NCBI RefSeq assembly: GCF_964204645.1
Contig: NC_134036.1
Span: 10,519,859 to 10,583,858, forward strand
DNA: 64,000 nucleotides
Origin: Tubulanus polymorphus
Lineage: Eukaryota; Animalia; Nemertea
Direction of reading: 5' to 3'
A program made the translations under genes and the position numbers. The notes below the pieces were generated by a model. The model did not search any database. It worked only from the letters and a program-made list of their open reading frames with translations, and was not told the origin of the DNA. Numbering within the stretch: position 1 is the stretch's first letter; every line of letters begins with the position of its first letter. This document shows positions 38,917-48,537 of the stretch, in pieces.

Positions 38917-40760
38917 AATTTTAACTTTAATAAAAATATATATAATAAATGGAAGGTAAAGTATATGAAAGAATCAAAGCTGATAAAGAAATAAATGATG
39001 ATTTGTATTATGTAATACCTTATAAAAGAATAAATGAATATATTGGAACATTTTTATTAAATGAATTAAATCAATACAAAGAATATTTAATTGAACGTAA
39101 TAATAATATTGAAACAAAAATAGAAGATAATATTGAAACAAAAATAGATAATAATATTGAAACAAAAATAGAAGATAATATTGAAACAAAAATAGAAGAT
39201 AATGTTATACCTTCTACATCGAATGATGATAAGATTGAAACAAAAATAGAACATAATATTGAACCTAAAATAGAAAAATCAAATGTTCAACCAAAAGATA
39301 ACATTAGATGTATGTATTGTGAAGAAGATTTTGATAATTATAATGATTATTTATTACACATCAAAAAAGATGAACATATTTTACAATTAGTAAAAACATA
39401 TGCCAATATATATAAAGATAAATGTAAAGAGGATCAGAATTATTGTGCTTTCTGTAATGAATGTATAACAAAGGCTAATTGGGAAGATATTATATTTGAG
39501 ATAACATTTGCTCCTGTAAATGAAATTGTATTATCTAGCGTTAATAAAGATATGAGTTATAAATTATCGAATATATGTTTAGAATATGATACAGTAACTG
39601 ATGAAAATATTGCTAGAACAATTCAAACTCAATACAATCAAGGGTTTTCATTATTATATGATTATATTGATAAATTTAAAACTGTAACTATTAATGCAAA
39701 TGATGAAATAATTAATGAGAATATTAACTTTCCTAGAAGATCTATTAAAGGTATATTAATATTTTTTACTATTGGAACGTATACTAATGGCGCAATAAAT
39801 GTTGACAATTATTATAATCCTGAAATAACAAAAGTAGAAATAACTATCGAAGGAATAGCAAATAAAATATTTTGTCAAGGAATGAGAATGATAGATCAAT
39901 GGGTAGAAATTAAAAAACATTTTATGAATGAAAAAGTAAAATCATTTGAAAATTGTAACATTAATCAAATTGACTATTATACCGGTAATAAATTTGCATT
40001 ATGGTTAGATTTTAGAACAACAGAAGATAATTCATTACATGGTTCTGGAAAAAAAACTACAGAACACTAAAGATGGAATACAATTATTCATGAAAAAGAA
40101 TAAGGGAATCAAAAATTTTAAAATGCACATTTATATTATATCTGACGCGCAATTAAATATTGTAAATTCACAATTAGATAGTGTTATGTATTAAAATTTT
40201 AACTTTAATAAAAATATATATAATAAATGGAAGGTAAAGTATATGAAAGAATCAAAGCTGATAAAGAAATAAATGATGATTTGTATTATGTAATACCTTA
40301 TAAAAGAATAAATGAATATATTGGAACATTTTTATTAAATGAATTAAATCAATACAAAGAATATTTAATTGAACGTAATAATAATATTGAAACAAAAATA
40401 GAAGATAATATTGAAACAAAAATAGATAATAATATTGAAACAAAAATAGAAGATAATATTGAAACAAAAATAGAAGATAATGTTATACCTTCTACATCGA
40501 ATGATGATAAGATTGAAACAAAAATAGAACATAATATTGAACCTAAAATAGAAAAATCAAATGTTCAACCAAAAGATAACATTAGATGTATGTATTGTGA
40601 AGAAGATTTTGATAATTATAATGATTATTTATTACACATCAAAAAAGATGAACATATTTTACAATTAGTAAAAACATATGCCAATATATATAAAGATAAA
40701 TGTAAAGAGGATCAGAATTATTGTGCTTTCTGTAATGAATGTATAACAAAGGCTAATTGG
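38205..40760 (+). repeat. 1278-bp direct tandem duplication (38205-39482 / 39483-40760)
   Basis: Copies essentially identical (one substitution seen near 38878/40156); junction GGCTAATTGG|GAAGATATT. Confidence 0.95.
38949..40070 (+). CDS. Chimeric ORF made by the duplication: zinc-finger protein N-terminus fused in frame to the MCP C-terminal half
   Basis: Translation switches from ...CITKANW to EDIIFEITFAP... at the junction. Confidence 0.85.
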   Translation: MEGKVYERIKADKEINDDLYYVIPYKRINEYIGTFLLNELNQYKEYLIERNNNIETKIEDNIETKIDNNIETKIEDNIETKIEDNVIPSTSNDDKIETKIEHNIEPKIEKSNVQPKDNIRCMYCEEDFDNYNDYLLHIKKDEHILQLVKTYANIYKDKCKEDQNYCAFCNECITKANWEDIIFEITFAPVNEIVLSSVNKDMSYKLSNICLEYDTVTDENIARTIQTQYNQGFSLLYDYIDKFKTVTINANDEIINENINFPRRSIKGILIFFTIGTYTNGAINVDNYYNPEITKVEITIEGIANKIFCQGMRMIDQWVEIKKHFMNEKVKSFENCNINQIDYYTGNKFALWLDFRTTEDNSLHGSGKKTTEH

Positions 40761-41285
40761 GCAAAACATTATAAATTAAAAACAAAAGGTGGAAATGATT
40801 CAGCCCATGCAATACAAGTATTTAAATCTTGGTGTGAAAAATGTAAAGAATATGTAATATATGATAAACAATTGAATCATAAATACTCAATTAAACATAT
40901 TGGTACAGATAATGTAATAGAAGATCCAACAGTTATAAATCCAAAATTTAATGATAATAATATATTAGATTATCGGTGGTATAGAAAAACATTTATAGAT
41001 TATTTCTCGAGTGATGATATAGTTACCATATTGAAAAAGTTAGATAACTTTAAACCAAATGTAAGTTATGCAATGAACTTATTTGAACTTAAATATGATG
41101 ATTTTAGAGAATTTTTAAATAAACATCCATCTAAAACTGAAATCGAAAATTATATTCCAAAAATATTTTCAAGAAAAACATTCAATAAATATAAATTTAG
41201 AAATCATTCAGGAATTATAACAATGAAAATGAAAAGGGATATATATTTAGAATACAATAAGCTTAAAGAAAAATATGAAAATTAA
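40227..41285 (+). CDS. Zinc-finger protein (352 aa) with IETKIEDN repeats
   Basis: CxxC...H..H motifs (CMYC, CAFC, CEKC); 24-bp tandem repeats. Confidence 0.8.
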   Translation: MEGKVYERIKADKEINDDLYYVIPYKRINEYIGTFLLNELNQYKEYLIERNNNIETKIEDNIETKIDNNIETKIEDNIETKIEDNVIPSTSNDDKIETKIEHNIEPKIEKSNVQPKDNIRCMYCEEDFDNYNDYLLHIKKDEHILQLVKTYANIYKDKCKEDQNYCAFCNECITKANWAKHYKLKTKGGNDSAHAIQVFKSWCEKCKEYVIYDKQLNHKYSIKHIGTDNVIEDPTVINPKFNDNNILDYRWYRKTFIDYFSSDDIVTILKKLDNFKPNVSYAMNLFELKYDDFREFLNKHPSKTEIENYIPKIFSRKTFNKYKFRNHSGIITMKMKRDIYLEYNKLKEKYEN

Positions 41286-41297
41286 AATTAAAAAGAT

Positions 41298-41793
41298 TAT
41301 ATAATTGACTGTATATTGATGGATGAATGGATGAGTTGGAAGAGTTGGATGAATTGGATGAGTGGAAGAGTGAATGAGTATAATAATATATATATTTTAC
41401 TTTTTAACACATAAATTGGAAGAATAGTATGAGTATAAATATAATATTTTTATTCTTTATTAAATTTAACACAATATATATTTATTATTATATGACATTT
41501 ATTATCTGTCATTTTATTATTTTATAAAAATATATTTATTATTTATCATTTTATTATTTATTATTTTATGAAAATATATTTATTATTATATGACATTTAT
41601 TATCTGTCATTTTATTATTTTATAAAAATATATTTATTATTATATGACATCTTCAAATCAAACTCTTACTGTTTTAAAAATTAAAAACATATGTAAATTA
41701 TATATTATTACACTCTTCCATTCATCCACTCTTCCAATTCATCCAATTCATCCAATTCATCCATTCATCCATCAATATACAGTCAATTATATA
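41298..41793. repeat. Inverted repeat with GGATGA/TCATCC sub-repeats between the convergent gene blocks
   Basis: TATATAATTGACTGTATATTGATGGATGAATGGATGA at 41298 and its reverse complement ending at 41793; AT-rich direct repeats in between. Confidence 0.85.
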
Positions 41794-41806
41794 GGTATAC
41801 AAATAG

Positions 41807-42418
41807 TTATTTTATGAATTTATATTCATATGGAAATTGTAATCTCATTAATAATTTTGAACCTTTATTATTTTTTAATTTATTCATATATTCATCATGT
41901 AATTCAGTAGGTATAATTTGATTTTCTTCTAATGATTGTTGCATAGATTTTCTATCTTTGTTGTAGAATAAAACTAGAAATCTTATATTCTCCCTAAAGT
42001 CTTTAACAATTGAATTATATTTCTGATTTAAAACCCATGTTGTTATCCCAAAATGTCTTCCAGAGAAAGCTAAATAACATAACTCACTTTCTCTAATTTT
42101 AGAATCATGTAAATTTGCGCAATCATCAATAATAAATAATGTATTTGATCCTTTATAAATATCTAATACAATTTTTATACAATTATCTAAATTTTCTTTT
42201 ACTGTTTTAGGGTCTAATATAATAAACATTTTTATTTTAACTATATCTCTAATATATGTTTTATTCATTTCATATGTAGGACAGAATAATATTATATTAT
42301 CAAAATGATTTTTATAAATAGTTTCTAACAAATCTAATATGAAATGTGTTTTACCACAATTTGTAACTCCAGTAACTAACATATTATGTGGTTCAAATAT
42401 AAATAAATCTTTATTCAT
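41807..42418 (-). CDS. A32/FtsK-like genome packaging ATPase
   Basis: Walker A GVTNCGKT, Walker B FIIDD, GRHFGIT..LNQ motif. Confidence 0.92.
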   Translation of the reverse strand: MNKDLFIFEPHNMLVTGVTNCGKTHFILDLLETIYKNHFDNIILFCPTYEMNKTYIRDIVKIKMFIILDPKTVKENLDNCIKIVLDIYKGSNTLFIIDDCANLHDSKIRESELCYLAFSGRHFGITTWVLNQKYNSIVKDFRENIRFLVLFYNKDRKSMQQSLEENQIIPTELHDEYMNKLKNNKGSKLLMRLQFPYEYKFIK

Positions 42419-43498
42419 TTATTCTTTTAATTTTACTAGATAAAATCCATTCATTAAATTTATCATCATATCCTTTATATTTCACCAAAGAATACTTTTT
42501 TCCTTTAAGAGTTTTTGTTTTCAATACTTTTTCTATTTTGTATTCTATTTCATCTGGATTTGGTACTAATGATAATTCTTGTTCATAAAAATAACCTAAT
42601 ATTTCTTCATCTTTTAAATCAAACAATTTATAAACAAATGGTTTAGTTAATATTATCTTTTTAATTTTAAATATTTCTTCTGTAAAATTAGGGGTATAAC
42701 CTTTATAAAATGTTTTTCGATATTTAGAAATTCTAACGTGTTGTCCTATTTTAAATTTAGGTTCTCCAAAATCATGTGTAACAAATGCTCCATATAAATT
42801 ATTCCAAACTATTTCTGAATTTTCTTCTTTTCTAGCTTCTATAGGTTTCATATTTATAGAACTATGTTTAGAATTATTATAACCTTTAACTAAATCATCT
42901 AATACATTGATATATTTATATGTTTCATTAGCGGTGAAATATTTCCACATTCTAGTTTTCAATGTTTTATTAAATCTTTCTATAACAGATGCTTTTTATC
43001 TGAATGTGTTGAAAAATATTCTACTTCGTTATCAGATAATAGTTTTTTAAAATGTTTGTTATAAAATTCTTTACCTTCATCAAATTGTATCTTATCTGGA
43101 ATAGCTTCTTTAAATATAGATTTAAAAGCATTTGTTACTTCTATTCCAGTTTTATTTTTAATCGGGATACTCCATGCGTATCGACTGAATATATCTATAA
43201 CATTCAGTATCCAGAAATATCCTTTGTTGTATTCTTCTAAGTTTTTCATATCAATTAAATCAGCTTGCCATTGTTGGTCAATATATGAAACCATTACTTT
43301 TCTTGTTAAATATTTTTTATCCATCTTTTTATGAATTTGATATGTGGGTTGATTTTGTAACCATGATTTTAATTCACTATATTTTATATTGCTATTATCG
43401 GATTTAATTTTATTCCATAATTCTGAAACGTTAGAATATGAAACTTCACTTTCTGGGTTGTAATATAACTCTCTTAAATATTGTTCTTTTTTCATCAT
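42411..43498 (-). pseudogene. int: Retroviral-type (rve) integrase with C-terminal chromodomain; 1-bp deletion near 42993
   Basis: WQADLID, VIDIFSRYAW, QFDEGKEF; restoring one A gives KKASVIERFNKTLK; chromodomain YKIEKVL...LVKYKGY..KFNEW. Confidence 0.93.
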
Positions 43499-43501
43499 AT
43501 T

Positions 43502-43879
43502 TTAATCCATTAATAATATTTTAGATTTATTTTCATTTGATTTATTTTCTGTTATAATAGGTTTACTGTCTGTACACGGATAACTAAGTTTCCGATCATC
43601 ATTGGAATCATCTTTATCGTCAGATTTGAATTTTGATTTATATATTACACCAGATAATATAATAATTGTGATTAACCCAATTGTAATATATAAGTAATTA
43701 TTTCTTCCACTATTAGAAGAATTAGATGGATTATTATTTGAATCAATACCATCAGATTCATTTATATCAGATAATTTCTTTTTCTTAGCTTTTTTTAATT
43801 CTGATGATCTTTTACCTAATTCTCTTGCCCATTTAATTTGTTTCTCGGATCTAGGCTTTTTCTTAACTCCATCACTCAT
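43502..43879 (-). CDS. Basic protein with one TM helix (125 aa)
   Basis: KKKPRSEKQ basic N-terminus; YITIGLITIIILSGVIY. Confidence 0.7.
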   Translation of the reverse strand: MSDGVKKKPRSEKQIKWARELGKRSSELKKAKKKKLSDINESDGIDSNNNPSNSSNSGRNNYLYITIGLITIIILSGVIYKSKFKSDDKDDSNDDRKLSYPCTDSKPIITENKSNENKSKILLMD

Positions 43880-44477
43880 TTATTTTAGTTAATTTTTGTT
43901 CTGATTCATCTTCTGTTTCGACGTTTGGTTGTAGTACATCTGTTTCGTTCTTACCTGATTTATATTCCATAGGTTTGATGTTCGAAAATGTTATGACACC
44001 AGTAGAAATCAATGTCATAACCGATCCTAATTGGAATGAAGCATAACCGACCCATTTTTGTAATTCAGTCATAACTAAATAGTCATTTTTCAAATCATTA
44101 TATAATTTATTTTCATCATCAATTGGTATTAGCCGGTTACATAATTTTGAATAACATTTGATAATACCATCACTTATAGAGTCGTTTATTCTAGCTAATC
44201 TTGACTCTTCATAAATCTTAAAATATTTGATTACTTTTTCTTTGTTCATATTATCTAATTCTTGAAAAGTTATTGTTTTACCAATAAACTCTTTAGTTTT
44301 TCCACTCGCAATCAATAGTTCTAGATGATGCTTACAATATAAATAGTATTCATAATCAATATTACTATCAATTTTATTATCACATTTAGTTGCCACATTA
44401 TCATTATCATCTGTTAGACCTAAATCTTCCAAAGTTTTTTCAACTTTAATATTATTCTTATTCGATTTCTTAGACAT
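43872..44477 (-). CDS. Polinton hypothetical protein (201 aa)
   Basis: Intact ORF, TAAATG start, weakly hydrophobic C-terminal segment. Confidence 0.7.
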   Translation of the reverse strand: MSKKSNKNNIKVEKTLEDLGLTDDNDNVATKCDNKIDSNIDYEYYLYCKHHLELLIASGKTKEFIGKTITFQELDNMNKEKVIKYFKIYEESRLARINDSISDGIIKCYSKLCNRLIPIDDENKLYNDLKNDYLVMTELQKWVGYASFQLGSVMTLISTGVITFSNIKPMEYKSGKNETDVLQPNVETEDESEQKLTKINE

Positions 44478-44725
44478 TTATATTAGAGAAATTTAATAAG
44501 AATAGTATTATAAGTATTCTTCAAATAATACCAGTATCTCTTTAGATTAATACTAGCTAGTTAAAGTTAAAGAATTCTAGTATTAGTTATTGTTTTTTTT
44601 AGTATTTTTTATTTGTGATATAAAGTATTCTCTTTTGAAAAGAAAATATTAAAAATTAAAATAGAAATAATAGATAGTTGAAGGTATGTAATTTTTATTA
44701 TATTTTATTTGAGATATATTATTCT

Positions 44726-45403
44726 TTAACCACTCATTAAAGACTCAACGTATTGTTCATTATGTGTTGAGTTCCATAATTCAATAAATTTCTTTGCTTT
44801 TGTTAACTGTTCCAAATATAACTGTAAATCTAGTTTATTAGATTTGATTTGATTTTCTTTCTTTTCTAAAGGCCTTAGATTCTTCCAATTCCAAATAAGT
44901 TTTTTATTGTATTCATCATTCATGTTAAATTTAGATATTGGTAACACGTGATCAATGTGGTAATAATCCCCATAATTATCTATATTCATTTTATCATCGA
45001 ATTGATATATTATCCATGATTTAAAAAATTCATCTGAACAACCCAATATATTAGACAATGTAACTGAATGTGTTTCATTACTAAATAATTGTGATAATCT
45101 AGTATTTAAACATTGTTTCATTTTAAAATTAAAATCTGTTTGATACCTTTTCTTTCGATAATTATTTTGATACTCATTATAATATTCACGATGATCTTCT
45201 CGATAATCTGGATTATTTTCTTGCCATTGTTTGGTGTATAGTTTAGTACAAGTTTTACAACAATATTGAAAACCATCTTTGCTAATCTTACGCTTACTAA
45301 ATTCTGTTAATGATTTATCTAATTCACATTTAGAACATGTCTTCTGATATATATTTATTACAACATTATTGTTTATATTTATAGCTTGTGATTGTTCCTC
45401 CAT
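44726..45403 (-). CDS. HNH-family endonuclease with N-terminal C4 zinc ribbon
   Basis: KTCSKC...CKTC; YHIDHVLP...NWKNLRPL...NQIKSNK. Confidence 0.8.
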   Translation of the reverse strand: MEEQSQAININNNVVINIYQKTCSKCELDKSLTEFSKRKISKDGFQYCCKTCTKLYTKQWQENNPDYREDHREYYNEYQNNYRKKRYQTDFNFKMKQCLNTRLSQLFSNETHSVTLSNILGCSDEFFKSWIIYQFDDKMNIDNYGDYYHIDHVLPISKFNMNDEYNKKLIWNWKNLRPLEKKENQIKSNKLDLQLYLEQLTKAKKFIELWNSTHNEQYVESLMSG

Positions 45404-45539
45404 TTATAATATATATTTTTATTAAAATTGGTTAATATTTTAGAATCCTCTTCCATTTCTTCGATCAACGTCATCCTTTTTCATTCCTCGCTGCTTTTGA
45501 TAAGTTGTTTCGATTCCTTGATATCTAAATAATACCACT

Positions 45540-46015
45540 GGGCAAAACCGCGCATTCGTGCGCGCTTTTGCTTAATGCGCATGCGTTAATCATAATTATA
45601 TATTCATTCTGTAAATTCTGTAAAATAGAAACGACCGAACACAGAAAATATCAAAACGTGTTCACATTAGGTAAAACCGCGCATTCGTGCGCGCTTTTGA
45701 TCAATGCGCATGCGCTAATCATAATTATATATTCATTCTGTGAAATAGAAACAACTGAACATAGAAAATTCAAACACATATGCACTAGGCAAAACCGCTC
45801 TTATAGGAGCGCTTTTGCTTAATGCGCATGCGCTAATTATAATTATATTTACATAATGAATATATAATTATGTAAATAGAAACGACCGACATAAAATATC
45901 AAAACGTGTTCGCATTAGGCAAAACCGCTCTTATAGGAGCGCTTTTGCTTAATGCGCATGCGCTAATTATTATTATATATTCATTCTAGAAATAGAAACG
46001 ACCGAACATAAAAAT
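45540..46015. repeat. Four ~120-130-bp tandem repeats with GC-rich hairpins
   Basis: GG(C/T)AAAACCGC...GCGCTTTTG.TTAATGCGCATGCG units near 45541, 45670, 45788 and 45918. Confidence 0.9.
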
Positions 46016-46951
46016 TCATCAATCAGATTTACACAATACATTATACAAGTTGTTCGGCCGTTTCTTCCAATACATCATTTGATTTCTATAAATACAATTT
46101 ATAATTACAAACATTTTTTTCAATTGCTGGTAAATATTTAACTACATCAACAAATGTTAAACTTAATCATTGGAGTCTTAATGTTTTTGAAATTCTTATA
46201 TTTCTTCTTCGATCTTTTGGTGATTCTATTGGTTTGATATCCATTGTTGTTGATTCCTCAGGCAGAAAGAGTATCTTGAGTTTCTCTATCGCTTCTTGAT
46301 GTGTATGACGTTTTATTAACCTAAAAGATATTAGCGGTAACTCTAGCAATCTAAAAGATATTCTAAATACGCTTAAATATATCTAAAGGTTTCGTATTTA
46401 ATAGCCTTAATAACTACAACAAACAGTACTTACATTTAGATTTATAATTGTAAACTATAAACTCCTAATTTCGTTTCGAAAGATAGAATATCCTGAGCAC
46501 AATATTACAGCGTATATCCCGTCATCTAGTTCCTGCGCGCCTTTCTAGAATATTCTCTACACGTTTCTGATTATGACGCGTCATCTCTATTCAGAGTTCC
46601 AGCACAGTTTGTAATATTATGAGTCATAATGTCTCGTTGTTATAGTAACAACTGTAACAGCTGCGAATTTATAGATTTATTCTATGGCTCTGTATATTGA
46701 ATGTATATAGGCTCAAATAGAATCATGTTCTTGTATAAACATCTAGAATAAGCGTGTTGAGATTTGTAAATTATGAGATTTGTGATTCGCTACGTCCGCT
46801 GTATACACAACGTGTTGAAGTTGAAAAAAACAATAATAAAAGCATTTAGATTAATGAAATTAATTAACTCTTTACAATTGAAATATAAGCTGGTAACATA
46901 TGTTTACTAGAGCTAATACAACCAACTATATAGCTGAGTATTATCGGGTGT

Positions 46952-47125
46952 TTATAACGATTCAACATATTTTTCACCATGTGTTGAGTTCCTTAATTCG
47001 ATAAATGTCTTTGCTTTAACCAACTGGACTAAAAACAAATGTGTTATAGTTTTATTGTGTCTTGCTTTTTGAGACTTGTCTATATCGATATTACATGTTG
47101 GGCAGTAGTATTTATTTGCTTCCAT
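46952..47125 (-). CDS. 57-aa chimeric mini-ORF: PolB N-terminal finger plus an HNH-protein-like C-terminal tail
   Basis: Own translation MEANKYYCPTCNIDIDKSQKARHNKTITHLFLVQLVKAKTFIELRNSTHGEKYVESL*; tail resembles LYLEQLTKAKKFIELWNSTHNEQYVESL of ORF 44726-45403. Confidence 0.6.
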   Translation of the reverse strand: MEANKYYCPTCNIDIDKSQKARHNKTITHLFLVQLVKAKTFIELRNSTHGEKYVESL

Positions 47126-47615
47126 TTTAATACTATATTTTTTATTAAAATTGATTTTAGAAGTTCAATGATTTAAATGTTATTCATATATATGTGAATA
47201 TTTTAAGAGTAATAGGGGTTTAGTTGTTTCGGGTTAAAGGTTTAATGATCGAGCTCATTAAAAAACAAAATATTAAAAGTAATTAAAAAACTATAATATA
47301 TTTTCATAACCGCGTGTATTTCGGTTGAATAATAGAATAATTATTATCATTTGAATATATTTGATTATTTAAATTTGTGTATTGTAATTAAATCAATTGG
47401 TCGTGGAGCGGAGCGATAGCGAAGCGAAGCAACCAATTGATTTAATACAATATGCTTTTTATATTATTAATATCTTATAATAAATATTTAGTTTTGATAT
47501 AAAATGAACGCGGTTATGAAAATATATTATAGTTTTTTAATTACTTTTAATATTTTGTTTTTTAATGAGCTCGACCGTTCGACCTTTGATCTGAAACAAC
47601 TAAACCCCTATTACT
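47037..47615 (-). repeat. Right TIR of the Polinton (579 bp)
   Basis: Reverse complement of 27610-28188. Confidence 0.95.
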
Positions 47616-48327
47616 TAAACTACTAACATTTTTGGACTTTTTCGTTATCATTGTGGGATTCTCTCTACATCGCTTCAGATGGATATAGTGTTTTATCAAT
47701 CGTGATATCGGTTCTTTCCGCTGTATTAAAATGGCAACGGTTGTCAACGAAATTATAAATGATGACGATTTTGACTATCTATTCTTTGATAGTGACGAAT
47801 TGGTTCAGATCGATACGGAAATATTACGGGAATCCTCTGGATCAGGATCAACTAATTCGGCCGATTCTAGTGAGTGTTATTCCTTTTGAATCAATGAAAT
47901 ATCGGAATAGTTTCCACTTAATTGCAGGCACTTTATTCTTTCCTTTTCTTTTTCATATTGGTACTTCTCAGGCTCAGCTGACCAGAGACTGCGATCTGAA
48001 CACGAGAAAACACACATAAAGGTATTTTTTACATTTATTTTTATAATCAATACAATCCTTTTAGGTTATAAAATAATAAACGAATACAGAAAATAATATA
48101 TAAACATAATATAAAAAATGCAGATAAGTACATGTTAAAATAATAATCATTATTATTATTTTCGCAAGAACACTATATATTTGGAAAAGGCTATGACTGA
48201 AGTGATTAACCATCGAGTATTTGAATTCAGTTCAAATGGAATGGCAGCAGTACATTATGGAAAATCGATCGATAAAATTTTGACTACAAATACGTCGCCG
48301 TCCAGACTTGGAATTAACCAGTGGTAG

Positions 48328-48537
48328 TCACAGGGACAGTTTTTTAACGTTTTTGTTCTTACGCCATTTTTTTAATTTGACACGACACATATTACAGATA
48401 TATATCGGGTACTGTTCAGTATCATCATCAAAATCAATGTTAAACAACTACTTCACATGGCTTTTGAAATTCTTTTTATCGATAGGACGACGATCCGGAG
48501 GTTTCGCATTTTTTCCACACAATCGACAAAGATCCAT
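48328..48537 (-). pseudogene. C4 zinc-finger remnant resembling the RAG1 N-terminal/Chapa/zf-AD domains
   Basis: Own translation MDLCRLCGK...VK*LFNIDFDDDTEQYPIYICNMCRVKL. Confidence 0.6.

Larger units (their letters stand above)
27610..47615. mobile_element. Full-length Polinton/Maverick (adintovirus-like) endogenous virus, 20,006 bp
   Basis: Termini 5'-AGTAATAGGGG...CCCCTATTACT-3'; identical 6-bp TSD TAAACT at 27604-27609 and 47616-47621; pPolB, integrase, ATPase and capsid genes inside; much more AT-rich than the flanks. Confidence 0.97.

Noticed and set aside
45568-45822. 84-aa ORF in the Polinton repeat region
   Set aside because: Translation of the tandem hairpin repeats with a non-ATG start; not a credible gene
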